DNA of 64,000 nucleotides from Dehalococcoidia bacterium (GCA_034429995.1 DAOUEZ010000033.1:22294-86293), one strand, 5' to 3'; positions 26,874 through 39,249 are shown, numbered from the stretch's first letter. Made by a program: numbers and translations. Notes: generated by a model from the sequence alone, not told the origin.

Positions 26874-28508
26874 CTACGGCTCCGGAAAGCCAAGGTAGGC
26901 CGCGAAGCGCGACGAAAAGTCGGGGCTTTCCGCCAGGGAGACGTGCCGGATGCGCCGGGCCAGGCGCCTCGCTTCTCGCAGTCGCTGGGGGAAGATGAGG
27001 GCAAGCTTGGCCCCCATGCCGGCCACGTTGCCGACGGGATGTATCCGCCCCTGCAGCGCCTGGGGGAGCATCCCCAGGGCGAGCAGACTCTCGGCTCGCA
27101 TGGAACTGCCGAAGGCACCGCCAACGAACACGCGCTCGATGGACTCCGGCTCCACCCCCGCTTCCTCCAGAACGCTCTCGGCGCCCGTGCGGACGGCCGC
27201 CTTCGCCAACTGCACCTGGCGAATGTCCGCTTGGGTCAGCAGGATGGGCTTTGCCAACTGGTCCCCGTGAAGAACGAAGTAGCGCTGTCCTCCCTCCTCT
27301 CGCAGGCGGGCACGCAGGTCGGATGGCACGTCGGCTGGGACCTGGCCCGGCCCCAAGAGGCGCCCGCTGGGCAAGAGGAGACCGCGGCGCAGGAGAACAG
27401 TCACCGCATCCGCCAGCCCAGAGCCGCACAGGCCCTGCGGCGGCGCTCCGTCGATGGTGTCGAGCCGCAGCCGCCCGTCCTCCTCCTCCACCCACTCCAC
27501 CGCGCCAGCGACGGCCGCCATCCCCGAGGAGATATGCACCCCCTCGAAGGCCGGCCCCGCGGCGCAGGAGCAGCCCACGGCCGTCCGGCGAGATAGCAGC
27601 ACTATCTCGCCGTTGGTGCCTAGATCGATGAAGAGGCTTGGCTTCCGCCAGCCAGCGAGCCCCAGGGCGAGCAGCCCCGCCACGGCGTCCGAGCCGATTT
27701 GCCCACCCACGCCTGGCAGGAGCCTCACCCGGGCGTGAGCCAGTCGCTGAAAGCCGAGAACGCCAGCGGCCACCGGCGGCGTCTCGGTGAAGACCGGACG
27801 GTAGGGTGCTACACCAAGGGGCCAGGGGTCCACCCCTCGGAAGAGATGCATCATCGTCAGGTTCCCCACGGCTGTCAAGTTGGAAACCGCCTCAAGGGGA
27901 ACGCTGTGGCGGGAGCACAGCTCCACCAGGTGCTCCTCTATAGCCCTGACGAGGCAGCTCTGAATCTCGGCCAGTCGCTCGCGGCCCTGGTGGGCATAGA
28001 CGATGCGAGAGACGACATCGGCTCCGAAGGCCCGCTGCGGATTAGCGAAGGCGGTGGCCCCAATCTGACGCGCCCGGGCCAGGTCTACCAGATAGCAGAC
28101 CACCGTAGTGGTACCGATGTCGATGGCCGCCCCGTAGCCAGTGGCCAGCCGCCGCCCGCCGCGCCGCTCTCTGGCTGACTCCGGTACGGCAGCCTCCGTA
28201 AGGATGCGAAGGGTAGCAGCAGGTGCCAGCGCCGGGATGACGATGCGGCAGTCGCGTTCGACCGATGCCTGGCAAGCCAGCCGCCAGCCAGCCTTTACAG
28301 CCGCGGCTCCCAGGAGGAGGTGATCTTCCGGAGCCGCTGGAGGAGCCCCCTCCAGGAAGCGGACGCGGCAGGCACCACACGTCCCTCGTCCGCCGCACTC
28401 GGAATCAATGCCCAGGCCGGCTGCCCTCACCGCTGCAAAGAGATTGTCGCCCCGCCGCACCTCGATCTCCGACTGAAAGCCGTGCAGAACGACGCGCACA
28501 AGATCCAT
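26874..28508 (-). CDS. RACo-type reductive activator of corrinoid enzymes (N-terminal 2Fe-2S ferredoxin + ASKHA ATPase domain).
   Basis: 'CGGRGTCGACRV' plant-type ferredoxin motif at the N-terminus. ~540 aa, as expected for a DUF4445/ASKHA body. GGAGGAG RBS before ATG 28508. Confidence 0.65.
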   Translation of the reverse strand: MDLVRVVLHGFQSEIEVRRGDNLFAAVRAAGLGIDSECGGRGTCGACRVRFLEGAPPAAPEDHLLLGAAAVKAGWRLACQASVERDCRIVIPALAPAATLRILTEAAVPESARERRGGRRLATGYGAAIDIGTTTVVCYLVDLARARQIGATAFANPQRAFGADVVSRIVYAHQGRERLAEIQSCLVRAIEEHLVELCSRHSVPLEAVSNLTAVGNLTMMHLFRGVDPWPLGVAPYRPVFTETPPVAAGVLGFQRLAHARVRLLPGVGGQIGSDAVAGLLALGLAGWRKPSLFIDLGTNGEIVLLSRRTAVGCSCAAGPAFEGVHISSGMAAVAGAVEWVEEEDGRLRLDTIDGAPPQGLCGSGLADAVTVLLRRGLLLPSGRLLGPGQVPADVPSDLRARLREEGGQRYFVLHGDQLAKPILLTQADIRQVQLAKAAVRTGAESVLEEAGVEPESIERVFVGGAFGSSMRAESLLALGMLPQALQGRIHPVGNVAGMGAKLALIFPQRLREARRLARRIRHVSLAESPDFSSRFAAYLGFPEP

Positions 28509-28649
28509 ATACGCTCCTCCAACCCACAGGGACCACAAGTGGCGTCCGAGGGACCACCTGCTCGCTTTCACAGGACATCCTGAATATACTATTGGCTTAG
28601 CTCTCAGGCAAAGCCGATGACTGCTGGAGGGCTGGGGGGAGTGACCGCC

Positions 28650-29849
28650 ATGCTGGCCCGCGAGAGGGTGCTCACGGCCCTCAACCACGAGGAGCCGGAC
28701 AGGGTGCCCATCGACCTTGGCAGCACCCCAGTGAGCGGCATCTGCCGCAATGCTTACGCCGACCTCCTCGCCTGCCTGGGCCTCTCACGACGGGAGATCC
28801 AGATAGCCGACATGGTCCAGCAGCTGGCGGGCGTCGACGAGGACGTCCTTCGGGCTCTGGAGGTGGACTTCCGGCCTATTAAGATGAACCCACCGGCCAG
28901 CTTTCGTCTTCAGATTCGTGACGAGGGGGACTACGAGACCTACTACGATCAGTGGGGGGCCAAGCTAAGCCGACCGAAAGTCGGCGGCTATTACTTCGAC
29001 TATGTCGAATATCCAATCAAGGAATCCACCCTGCGGGCTCTGGAGCGCTACCCCTGGCCCGATCCCGACGATCCCAGCCGCTATGAGGGGCTGCGCGAGC
29101 GAGCGCGAGCCCTCCGTGAGCGAACGCCCTACGCACTGGTGGGCACCTGCGATTTGGGCACCGACATCCTGGCCAGGCCACAGTGGATCCGCGGCTACGC
29201 CGCGTCCATGCTTGACCTTGCGGCCAACCCCGACTTCGCTGAAGCCTTCCTGGAGCGGCTTACCGAGATCGCCGTGCGGGCCTGGAGCCACTTCCTCGAC
29301 GAGGTGGGCGAATACCTGGACGTGGCGGCCTTCTACGACGACCTGGGGATGCAAGACCGTCCTCTCATCTCACCGGGCATGTACCGCCGCCTCGTCAAGC
29401 CGCGGCACGCCCGCATCATCGAGACCATCAAGGCCCGAACGAAGGCCAAGGTCTTCATGCATTCCTGCGGCGCCGTAAGCGAGTTCATCCCCGATATCAT
29501 CGAGATCGGGGTGGACATCCTCAATCCCATCCAGGTATCGGCCGCCGGGATGGGCGACACGGCAGAACTGAAGCACCGCTACGGCCAGCGTCTGGCATTC
29601 TGGGGCGGCGCCTGCGACTCCCAACGGGTGCTTCCATTCGGCACGCTGGCAGAAATACAGGAGGAAACACGGCGGCGCATCGCCGATCTGGCGCCTGGCG
29701 GCGGCTTCGTCTTCGCCCCTGTCCACAACATCCAGGACGACGTGTCGGGCGAGAAAACGCTAGCGCTCTATCGCACGGCTCTGGAGCAGGGACGCTATCC
29801 CATCGGGCGAGCACCCACGGGACGCGAACGACAGTGGGGGCAGCAATGA
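28650..29849 (+). CDS. URO-D-fold (MtaA/CmuA-like) methyltransferase.
   Basis: 'ERVLTALNHEEPDRVPID' N-terminus and overall length are typical of uroporphyrinogen-decarboxylase-fold corrinoid methyltransferases. RBS 'gggggag' before ATG 28650. Confidence 0.65.
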   Translation: MLARERVLTALNHEEPDRVPIDLGSTPVSGICRNAYADLLACLGLSRREIQIADMVQQLAGVDEDVLRALEVDFRPIKMNPPASFRLQIRDEGDYETYYDQWGAKLSRPKVGGYYFDYVEYPIKESTLRALERYPWPDPDDPSRYEGLRERARALRERTPYALVGTCDLGTDILARPQWIRGYAASMLDLAANPDFAEAFLERLTEIAVRAWSHFLDEVGEYLDVAAFYDDLGMQDRPLISPGMYRRLVKPRHARIIETIKARTKAKVFMHSCGAVSEFIPDIIEIGVDILNPIQVSAAGMGDTAELKHRYGQRLAFWGGACDSQRVLPFGTLAEIQEETRRRIADLAPGGGFVFAPVHNIQDDVSGEKTLALYRTALEQGRYPIGRAPTGRERQWGQQ

Positions 29850-29887
29850 CCACGGGCCAGGTGAGGCGGGCGTCTATGCAGCCAGGT

Positions 29888-31051
29888 TTAGCTGGTGCCG
29901 AAATGCTCTCGGTTCCAGCGACGCCCCTCGTCCAGCATGGCTAAGTAGTTCTGCTTGGGGATGTAGTTGGCGGCGGTGTTGCCGCTGCCCAGGCAGTAGC
30001 CAGTGCCCTTGACGCCGCAGACCTCCAGGATCTCTCGGGTGCGGGCGCGCACCTGCTCCTCTGTGCCCCCGCCGAGTAAGTGCATGTCCACGCCGCCCAA
30101 GATGGCAATGCGGTCGCCCCAGCGCCGGTAGACCTCCTCCACCGGCATGATCTTGTCCTCGAAGGAGTGCTTGGCGTCGATGCCGATATCGTCGATGGCT
30201 TCGTCCATCATCTTGTAGACGTTGCCGCAGGAGTGGAAGATGAGCAGCCTGCCGGCCTGGTGGGTGATGTCGGTGATCTTCTTGTAGTGGGGAAAGATAT
30301 AGCGACGGATGACGTCCGGCGAGACAAGGGTGCCGCTATAGAAGCCGAGGTCGTCGCTGAGGAGCATCATGGCCGCGTTGTCAATGGTGGCGGCCTGGGC
30401 GAAGGTGGCAGTCACGAGCTCTCCCACCCGCTGGCAAATGGCCTCTACCAGGTCTGGCTGATCGTGGAGGGCATAGGAGAAGGACTGCAGGCCCATGAGC
30501 CAGCTAGCGTTCTCGAAGATGCCGCCGTAGTGAAAGACAGCGACCTTCATCCCCTCCGGCACGCGGGCGCTGACGTACTCCAGGGCTATGTGCCTGATCT
30601 CTTCGGCCTTTGGCCACGGATAGGCCTCGAAGTCGGCCCAGCTCTGGATGGGGCCGCTGGCCTCGTCCTGCCAGTGGCGCTGGCCGTCGGGCCAGTTCTG
30701 GACCCCGGCGGTATCAGCGGCGGCCTTCAAGCTCCGTGGAAAGCTGAGACCCGTCACCATGAACACGTAATCGTAGCCCATCTCATAGCAGAAGCGGACG
30801 TACATATCGAGGGACTTCATCAAACCCGGGAGTTCATCCGCGGGAAGCTCAAGGGTAGGCTCCTCGACGTAGCGGTGCAGGTTGACGGGGAATTTCTCAT
30901 CGAGGACGGCCTCGACCATGCCAGGGTCGGCGAACAGCTCGAAGAAGGGCACCGGGCCTGGTGGCCCCTGGCGCAGGATGGTGCGGCGCAGATTCTCGAA
31001 ATCGGGCTGGCGCTGCACGGCAAATCGCGGTCCGGGAGACTGGGAATTCAT
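29888..31051 (-). CDS. Second URO-D-fold (MtaA/CmuA-like) methyltransferase.
   Basis: URO-D-like length and pattern ('ILGGVDMHLLGGGTEEQVRARTREILEV'). AGGAGGGG RBS before ATG at 31051. Confidence 0.65.
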   Translation of the reverse strand: MNSQSPGPRFAVQRQPDFENLRRTILRQGPPGPVPFFELFADPGMVEAVLDEKFPVNLHRYVEEPTLELPADELPGLMKSLDMYVRFCYEMGYDYVFMVTGLSFPRSLKAAADTAGVQNWPDGQRHWQDEASGPIQSWADFEAYPWPKAEEIRHIALEYVSARVPEGMKVAVFHYGGIFENASWLMGLQSFSYALHDQPDLVEAICQRVGELVTATFAQAATIDNAAMMLLSDDLGFYSGTLVSPDVIRRYIFPHYKKITDITHQAGRLLIFHSCGNVYKMMDEAIDDIGIDAKHSFEDKIMPVEEVYRRWGDRIAILGGVDMHLLGGGTEEQVRARTREILEVCGVKGTGYCLGSGNTAANYIPKQNYLAMLDEGRRWNREHFGTS

Positions 31052-33668
31052 CGTGACCCCTCCTGACAGGCGGCCGAACCTCACTGGCCCTTGAAGCCAT
31101 TATAGCGATGCGCTGCCACCAGGCAACAGCCTGGCCGCTGACCCGCAGAACGAAGGGTTGATGGTGCCCAGCCGCCTCCCCGTCGCCACCCCGGCTAGGC
31201 CGAGAGGTGACCTGCCGACGAGGCGGCGAAGAGTCCGGCCCTCAGCGGAGGACGCAGCCCCTAGAGCACATCCTTTCGCTTCCGGGCGAGGAAAGGCGGC
31301 CTTTGCTTGCGACATGGCCTAGCCCTCGAAGAAGACGGTGAACAGCGCCTGCTGAGGAAGGGTCAGGCGCACCGATAGCAGGCCGTCGGGGCGGCGAGCC
31401 ATGCTGGCTGCGGGCGCATCGCTCTCTAGCCTCTGCTCCTGGTAGGGCGGCGGCACGTGGATGATCACCTCGCCCTGCTTCTTGGCGGGCGGCGTCAGTC
31501 GCACTGTCAGAGCCCGCTGAGCGGCGTCAAAGCGGGCGTCTTCGATCTCGACGGCGCCCTGGCTGAAATGGAATGTGCTCGATACTATCTGAGGTTCGTT
31601 GGTGGCCGGGCGCAGGGAGAGGAGCTTGGCCGAGTGGGGCGGCATGACCGAGAGGCGAATCTCATGCTGGTGCACACCGAAGTAGCAGTCCTGCCACAAA
31701 TCGAAGACGTGGACGGGCTCGGCGGGCAGGGGGACTGTCACCTCGCTGGGCTCATCCTCCCACTGGAACACGCCCAGGAGCCACCACCGCTGGAAGGAAC
31801 GCTCGATGGCGAGGCGAAGGAAGCGAGGGAACGAGCGCTCGAAAAGGTCCAGGGGAATCGCCGAGGAGCCGTAGGGCGGCAGGAGGAGGCTGGCGATCTG
31901 CCACCGCTCGGGCGGCAGCTTGGGCATGGCATCGCTGAGGACGACCATTCCGCCGCTGAGGGCAATGGCAGTGGCCAGGGAGTGCACCTCGTCGAGGGAG
32001 AGGGCGGTCTCGCTGTCCCGAGCGAGCAGGCAGTCGGGGTCGTTGAGCCAGAGACGGCCGTGCGTCCAGAAGCGGTTGACGACGTTACGGATGGCGTTCT
32101 CGCAGGCGGGCAGCGACTCGACGGGTTGCCGATTCACAGCGGTGACCTCAAGCGGAACCAGCTCGCTGGATAGCCGCCAGTAGGGCGCCACGTCGGGCCC
32201 GATACGCTGGGCGTTGACCAGACCAACGGACGGGCCGAGGGGGGCACCGCAGCCCAGGATGAAGGCGTCGCTGGCCCCCCGGCGGATGGCTTCCAGGCCC
32301 CGCCGGTAGGCCTGGGCGCGAGTGGCCTGGCGGTCATAGCGCCTGCCCTCCACAGCGCCGGCGTAGATGAAGTCCAGCTTCAGATAGTCGAAGCGGCATT
32401 GGCCTACCAGCGTCTCGGCTACATGATCCAGCCAAGCCTGAGCGCCGGGATGGGTGCAGTCGAGGGCATAGCACTCCTTGCCCCAGTTGTGGATGGCCAC
32501 CACCGGCCTGCCGGCGCCGTCGCCCACCATCCACTCGGGGTGCTCGCGGTAGAGAGCGGAGGTGGAGGCGGCCAGAAAGGGAGCCAGCCACAGGCCAGCC
32601 TTAAACCCTTTGTGGTGAATGCGTTCAGCGAGCCAAGGCAGGCCGTGGGGAAACTTGTCGTTGGTGGTGACCCAGTCGCCTATGTCCGCCTGGTAGCCAT
32701 CGTCAACCTGGATGTACTCCACAGGCAGCTCATCACGATGAGCGTGCAGGAACTCCAGATTTTCCAGCACCGCCTGTTCGCTCACACCGCCGAAGTAGTA
32801 GTACCACGAGGACCAGCCGCTGGGCACGTGCTGCCAGCCCAGGGCACCCATCTGGCGGCCCAGAGCATCGCCGTAGCGAGCCAGGGCGTCCAGGGGCGGT
32901 CCCGTCACATCGACCAGCAGCTTCTCCGACGAGAGGCTCTGCCCAGGCGCGACGGTGAGGCCATCGGCGTAGGACACGGCAGATAGGGTGCGGGACGCCT
33001 GCCTGCCGCCGGGCAGCTCCAGGCGGACCTGGGAGAGCTGATCGGCGGCGGTGATGAAGCCGGCCAGGAGTGAGGCGCCGGTCGTCGGGTCGGCCACCAG
33101 GCCCACGAGGTCGCTGGTGAAGCATCCCTTTTGGGGGGTAGCCGAGGACGGCCCGATAATCGGCGAGGGAGCCGGCGGGTCATCCTGGGCGCAGCTCAGG
33201 CTAAGCGTGGGGCTCCAGGACTGCCAGCCGTGCTTGTAGAACTGCCAGCGGCGGCAGGAGCGGCCCAGGCCGAGGCGGCCGCGGCCAGCAGTCGGCGTGG
33301 CCAGCACCCGAAAGCTCGCCACGCCTATAGGCTGCGAGGAGCCGTTGACCAGTTCCATCTCCATGACGGCGAAGGGTTGGCCTTCGTACAGGGTCAGAAA
33401 TAGGCGGAGCCCAGGGCGATCCCGGACGGCAAGGGTAGACAGGCGAACGGTGATGCCTTGGCCGTGGACGTCGCTGAGCGGCTGGACGTCGTACTCTTTG
33501 CGGAAGCCACTATCCAGGGTGCTGACGACATCGCCGCCCACCAGCTCCACGGCGGCATGGGCTCGACGGATGACCGTTCGGCCAGCGGAACGATCTCTGA
33601 AGGCCAAGCTGCCCCGGTCGAGCCGGCAGCGCACCTCCAGCCACCGATTGGCTATCAGCAGGCCATAT

Positions 33669-34895
<1,227 letters not shown>

Positions 34896-34909
34896 CGGCT
34901 GGTAGCTCG

Positions 34910-36283
34910 TTACTCGCCCAGGCGGCGGTTGTAGTTCTCTATGATGTCATTGGCTTCGGCCGCCGCGTCAGCGAGGGCCTCGATGGGGTCTTTGGACCCG
35001 ACCACCGTCTCCTCGATAGCGGTAGCGACAACCTCTCGCACGTCCCTGATGGGGCCGAGGAGCGGGCCGAGGGACTCCTGAGTCGATGGCGTCTCCAGGA
35101 CAAGGTCGACGGGGACACGGAACTGCGGGTACTCGGCCACGACGTTCTGTGCCGCCGGCAGGTCGTAGGCAGAGATTCGCACCGGCAGGAGGCCAGTGCC
35201 AGCGTACCATTCGGCCTGCTGTTCCGGTTCCAAAAGCCACTTGATGAACTTCCAGGCTGCCTCCTGCTCCGCCTCGGGGCGTCCCTTCAGGATCCAGAGG
35301 CCCCGGCTGTACACCCCCGGCAAGCCTGTCCCGCCGGGAACGCCGGGCTGACCGACCACCCCCAATTCCACGTTCATGCCCCCGCGCTCCAGAACATCCA
35401 CCACCGAACGCAGGGCTTGTGAGCTGGCGAAACTCATAGCGGCCCGGCCGACTCCCATCGACAGGAGAGCAGCGTCGCCGCCGGGGTTGCGACCAACGTT
35501 GAGGGCTGACCCGTCCTTGACCATTTCGTGCCACCAGCGGAAGAAGGCCTGCCCTGTCGGACTGTCGAAGAGGACCTCCGTGGCTCGTCCCTGGCGGCCG
35601 TTGCTGTTGTTCACATAGAAGTCGCCGTGCTCGGCCACGGTCAGTTCGACGTACCAGGGGTCGATGTCAAGGGCGATGCCGCTGCGGAGGAGGTTGCCGT
35701 GGGCGTCCCGCTTTACCAGCTTCTGGGAGAATTCTCGCACCTCCTCCAGATCCCTGGGTGGCTGCTCGGGATCGAGCCCCACCTCGCTGAAATCCAGCTT
35801 ATTGTAGTAGAGCAAGGGGACGGCAATGGAGAAGGGCATCCCGTGGAGCTGGCCGTCCACGGTGTAATACTGTATGGCCTTCTCATCGAAGTCGGAAAGG
35901 TCGTAGTCCTCACCATCGATGAACTCCTGCACCGGCCTTGCGGCCCCGCTGTCCATGACTCTCTGGGCATCGACCTCGGCCAGATAGATGAGGGCTGGCA
36001 CGTCCCCCGAACCGAGGGAGGCGATGAACTTGAGCATCGTTTCCTCGTCGTTTCCCTGGAAGGCCATCTTGACCTCAACCTCGTCCTGCTCGGAGTTGAA
36101 GCGGCGTGCCAGTCCCTGGATGGTGTCCAGGTTGCTGGCCACCTCCGAGTGCCAGAAGCTAATCTCCACCGTCCCCGCCGCCGGTGTCGCACTGCCTTCT
36201 GGCTCTCCTTCCTCCTCGCCACCACAGGCGGCCACGCTTACTCCAACAATGAGCAGCATCAGGAAGATCAGAGCCTTCTTCAT
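34910..36283 (-). CDS. Carbohydrate ABC transporter substrate-binding lipoprotein (SBP family 1). Paralog of 59336..60709.
   Basis: 'MKKALIFLMLLIVGVSVAACGG' lipobox. SBP_bac_1-like. Last gene before galK in the operon. Confidence 0.8.
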   Translation of the reverse strand: MKKALIFLMLLIVGVSVAACGGEEEGEPEGSATPAAGTVEISFWHSEVASNLDTIQGLARRFNSEQDEVEVKMAFQGNDEETMLKFIASLGSGDVPALIYLAEVDAQRVMDSGAARPVQEFIDGEDYDLSDFDEKAIQYYTVDGQLHGMPFSIAVPLLYYNKLDFSEVGLDPEQPPRDLEEVREFSQKLVKRDAHGNLLRSGIALDIDPWYVELTVAEHGDFYVNNSNGRQGRATEVLFDSPTGQAFFRWWHEMVKDGSALNVGRNPGGDAALLSMGVGRAAMSFASSQALRSVVDVLERGGMNVELGVVGQPGVPGGTGLPGVYSRGLWILKGRPEAEQEAAWKFIKWLLEPEQQAEWYAGTGLLPVRISAYDLPAAQNVVAEYPQFRVPVDLVLETPSTQESLGPLLGPIRDVREVVATAIEETVVGSKDPIEALADAAAEANDIIENYNRRLGE

Positions 36284-36298
36284 GGCTATCCCTCCTCG

Positions 36299-37168
36299 TT
36301 AGCCTTTGAGAGCACCAGCGGTGAGGCCCCTCACCAGCTGGCGCTGGAACAGGACGAGCAAGATCAGTATTGGCAGCGCCGAGATCACTGTCGCTGCCAT
36401 GGTTATATTGAACGTGTCGACCTCTCGGCCGCGCAGAGCGGCCAGACCGATCTGTACCGTGCGCATGCTGTCCTCGTTGGTCACCAGCAACGGCCACAGG
36501 TACTGGTTCCAGGCCTGAAGGAAGCCGAACACGGCCAGCGCGGCCAGCACCGGCCGTGAAAGGGGCAGCACCACGAAAGTGAGGAAGCGAATGTGACCGT
36601 AGCCGTCGATGGCGGCAGCGTCCCGCAGTTCTTGAGGGATGGTGAGGAAGTGCTGTCGCAGCAGGAATGTACCCAGGCCGGTGGCCAAGAAGGGCACGGT
36701 CAGCGCCTGGTAGGAATCCAGCCAGCCGAGCCACCGAATGGTCTGGAAATTGGGAACGATGGAGACCTCCCAGGGCACCATGAGGGTGGAGAGGAAGAGG
36801 ACGAACAGGAAGGTTCGGCCGGGGAAGCGGAGGAAGGCAAAGGCGTAGGCGGCGAGGGCGGAGGTAACCAGCTGGCCAACCACGATGACGCCAGCCATGA
36901 TAAGGCTGTTCAACATGTACCTCATGAGGGGCACTTCATCCAGCGCCTTTTTGAAGTTGCCCCACTGCGGATCGAAGGGGAACAGCTCGGGCGGCCAGGC
37001 AATGATGGTCGTTGACGATAGCAGGCTGTTGACCACCGTCATGTAAATGGGAAAGACGACTATGCCTCCCACCACTATCAGAACGGCATAACGCAAGGCG
37101 TAGCTCGCCCAGCGCCGATAGCGCTCGACCCCTCGTTTCCTTGCGGGCGTTGCTATGTCCACGCTCAT
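36299..37168 (-). CDS. Carbohydrate ABC transporter permease (MalG-like).
   Basis: Six TM segments. EAA-like loop 'AAIDGYGHIRFLTFVVLP'. Confidence 0.8.
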   Translation of the reverse strand: MSVDIATPARKRGVERYRRWASYALRYAVLIVVGGIVVFPIYMTVVNSLLSSTTIIAWPPELFPFDPQWGNFKKALDEVPLMRYMLNSLIMAGVIVVGQLVTSALAAYAFAFLRFPGRTFLFVLFLSTLMVPWEVSIVPNFQTIRWLGWLDSYQALTVPFLATGLGTFLLRQHFLTIPQELRDAAAIDGYGHIRFLTFVVLPLSRPVLAALAVFGFLQAWNQYLWPLLVTNEDSMRTVQIGLAALRGREVDTFNITMAATVISALPILILLVLFQRQLVRGLTAGALKG

Positions 37169-37171
37169 GGC

Positions 37172-38119
37172 CTACTGATAGAACACTCGTCGCTCCAAGA
37201 AGCGAAGCTGAACTACGGTCAGGCCTAGCACCAGCAGGAAGAGGGCTACGGCCTGCACCGAGGCTACCCCGTAGTCGAAGCGCTGGAAGGCGTCCTGCCA
37301 GATGGAGTAGACGATAACGGTAGTGGCGTCCACGGGGCCACCTCGGGTCAGGATATGGATCTGGCCGAAGGACTGGAAGGCGAGGATGGTGCCCACCACC
37401 GACACGAAGAAAAGCGTTGGCGAAAGCATGGGCAGCGTCACGTGGCGGAAGAGGGACCAGTTGCTGGCCCCGTCGATACGGGCGCTCTCATAGAGCTCTT
37501 CGGGAATTGTCTGCAGGCCGGCGAGGATGACGATGAAGGCCAAGCCCAGATTGAGCCAGACGGTGGTCGCCGACACGGCGGGCAGAGCCCAGTCCAAGTC
37601 ATTGAGCCAGTCGATCCTGGGCTGGCCAGCCTCGACCAGGAAGTAGTTCAGCAGGCCAACGCTGGGGTTGAGCAGCGTGAGCCACATCAACGATGCCACG
37701 GCCACCGACGTGGCCACTGTCGAGGAGAACATGAGACGGAAGATCGATATCCCCCGCAGCTTCTGGTTAGCCAGCAGGGCCAGGGCCAGGCCCAGCAGAA
37801 TGCCCGGGGGCACCGTGTACAGGGCGAAGAGAAAGGTGACCCACAGGCTGTGGCGGAAGGACTCGGAGGAAAGGACAGTACGATACTGGTCGAGCCCAGC
37901 GAAGTCGCCTTGGTTGCCGAAGGGATCGGTCTCGTAGAAACCGAGGTAAAGGGCCTTGACCAGAGGGTAGAAGACGAAGGCGCCAAAGATGAGCAACGAG
38001 GGCGCGAGGAAGATGAGGGCGAACCCCAAGCGGTTGACACCCTTGAGCCGCTGAAGCAGGCGTCCTGCTGCGGCTATCAGTGGCAAGCGCTGGTTTGCGG
38101 TGACATCCGTCGCGTCCAC
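37172..38119 (-). CDS. Carbohydrate ABC transporter permease (MalF-like).
   Basis: TM-rich. 'ESARIDGASNWSLFRHVTLP' EAA motif. Confidence 0.8.
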   Translation of the reverse strand: MDATDVTANQRLPLIAAAGRLLQRLKGVNRLGFALIFLAPSLLIFGAFVFYPLVKALYLGFYETDPFGNQGDFAGLDQYRTVLSSESFRHSLWVTFLFALYTVPPGILLGLALALLANQKLRGISIFRLMFSSTVATSVAVASLMWLTLLNPSVGLLNYFLVEAGQPRIDWLNDLDWALPAVSATTVWLNLGLAFIVILAGLQTIPEELYESARIDGASNWSLFRHVTLPMLSPTLFFVSVVGTILAFQSFGQIHILTRGGPVDATTVIVYSIWQDAFQRFDYGVASVQAVALFLLVLGLTVVQLRFLERRVFYQ

Positions 38120-38151
38120 GGGCAGACTCTGTGCTCGGGCCTAGCCTGTAC

Positions 38152-39249
38152 TCACTCTATGCGCTGACCGGTGTCAGGGTCAAAGAAGTGCATATGCGCT
38201 CGGTCAATCCTCAAGCGGAGCCTTTCGCCCTCTCGCAGGCGTCGTCTGGCATCGAGACGAGCTACGATGGTGGTATCGCCAGCGGAAAAGGTGACGTGCT
38301 GCTCGTGCCCCATAGACTCCACGGTATCGACGACCACATCGAGGCAGGCTTCGGAATTCTCTTCTGCCTCCCAGTCCAGCAGGACGTGCTCAGGGCGCAC
38401 ACCAATGATCGCCTTTTCCCCGCCTAGAGCAGCCAACGCTCGAGCCTGCCCCTCGGTCAGAGGGAAGGAGGCACCGGCGCTGTGAGCTACTAGCTGGCCA
38501 TCCTGCAGTCGGAGCTCGCTGTGGAAGAAGTTCATGGCCGGGCTGCCGATGAAGGAAGCCACAAACAGGTTAGCGGGGTGCTGGTAGACCTCCTGAGGGT
38601 CGCCGACCTGCTGAAGGGCGCCTTCGTGGATGATGGCTATGCGCGCCCCCATGGTCATCGCCTCCACCTGATCGTGGGTCACGAAGATCACCGTCGTCTC
38701 GAGTTGGCGGTGGAGCTTGATGAGCTCACGGCGCATCTGGACACGCAGCTTGGCGTCAAGGTTTGATAGGGGCTCATCCATGAGAAAGACCGAGGGGCTG
38801 CGAACGATGGCGCGGCCCAGGGCGACCCGCTGGCGCTGGCCGCCGGAGAGCTCTCCTGGCCTTCGCCGCAGCAGATCGTGCAAGCCGAGCATACGGGCGG
38901 CGTCCAGCACCTTCTGGTGACGCTCTCGCCTGGGGACGTGCCGCATTCGCAAACTGAAGCCCATGTTGTCCTGCACGGACATATGGGGATAAAGGGCGTA
39001 GCTCTGGAATACCATCGCCACGTCTCGGTTCTTCGCCTCCACGTTGTCGACGATGCGGTCGCCGATGATGATGCTGCCCTTGGTCGGCTCCTCCAGGCCG
39101 GCAACCAGTCGCAGGGCGGTAGACTTGCCGCAGCCGGAAGGTCCCAGAAGGACGAGGAACTCCTTGTCGTGCACCTCCAGGGAGAGGCCGTCTACGGCCA
39201 CTACATCCCCGAAGTGCTTAGTGACTTGATCGAAAACAACACGACTCAT
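38152..39249 (-). CDS. Sugar ABC transporter ATP-binding protein (MalK/MsmK-like).
   Basis: Walker A 'GPSGCGKST'. Signature 'LSGGQRQR'. Walker B 'FLMDEPLS'. C-terminal TOBE-like domain. Confidence 0.9.
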   Translation of the reverse strand: MSRVVFDQVTKHFGDVVAVDGLSLEVHDKEFLVLLGPSGCGKSTALRLVAGLEEPTKGSIIIGDRIVDNVEAKNRDVAMVFQSYALYPHMSVQDNMGFSLRMRHVPRRERHQKVLDAARMLGLHDLLRRRPGELSGGQRQRVALGRAIVRSPSVFLMDEPLSNLDAKLRVQMRRELIKLHRQLETTVIFVTHDQVEAMTMGARIAIIHEGALQQVGDPQEVYQHPANLFVASFIGSPAMNFFHSELRLQDGQLVAHSAGASFPLTEGQARALAALGGEKAIIGVRPEHVLLDWEAEENSEACLDVVVDTVESMGHEQHVTFSAGDTTIVARLDARRRLREGERLRLRIDRAHMHFFDPDTGQRIE

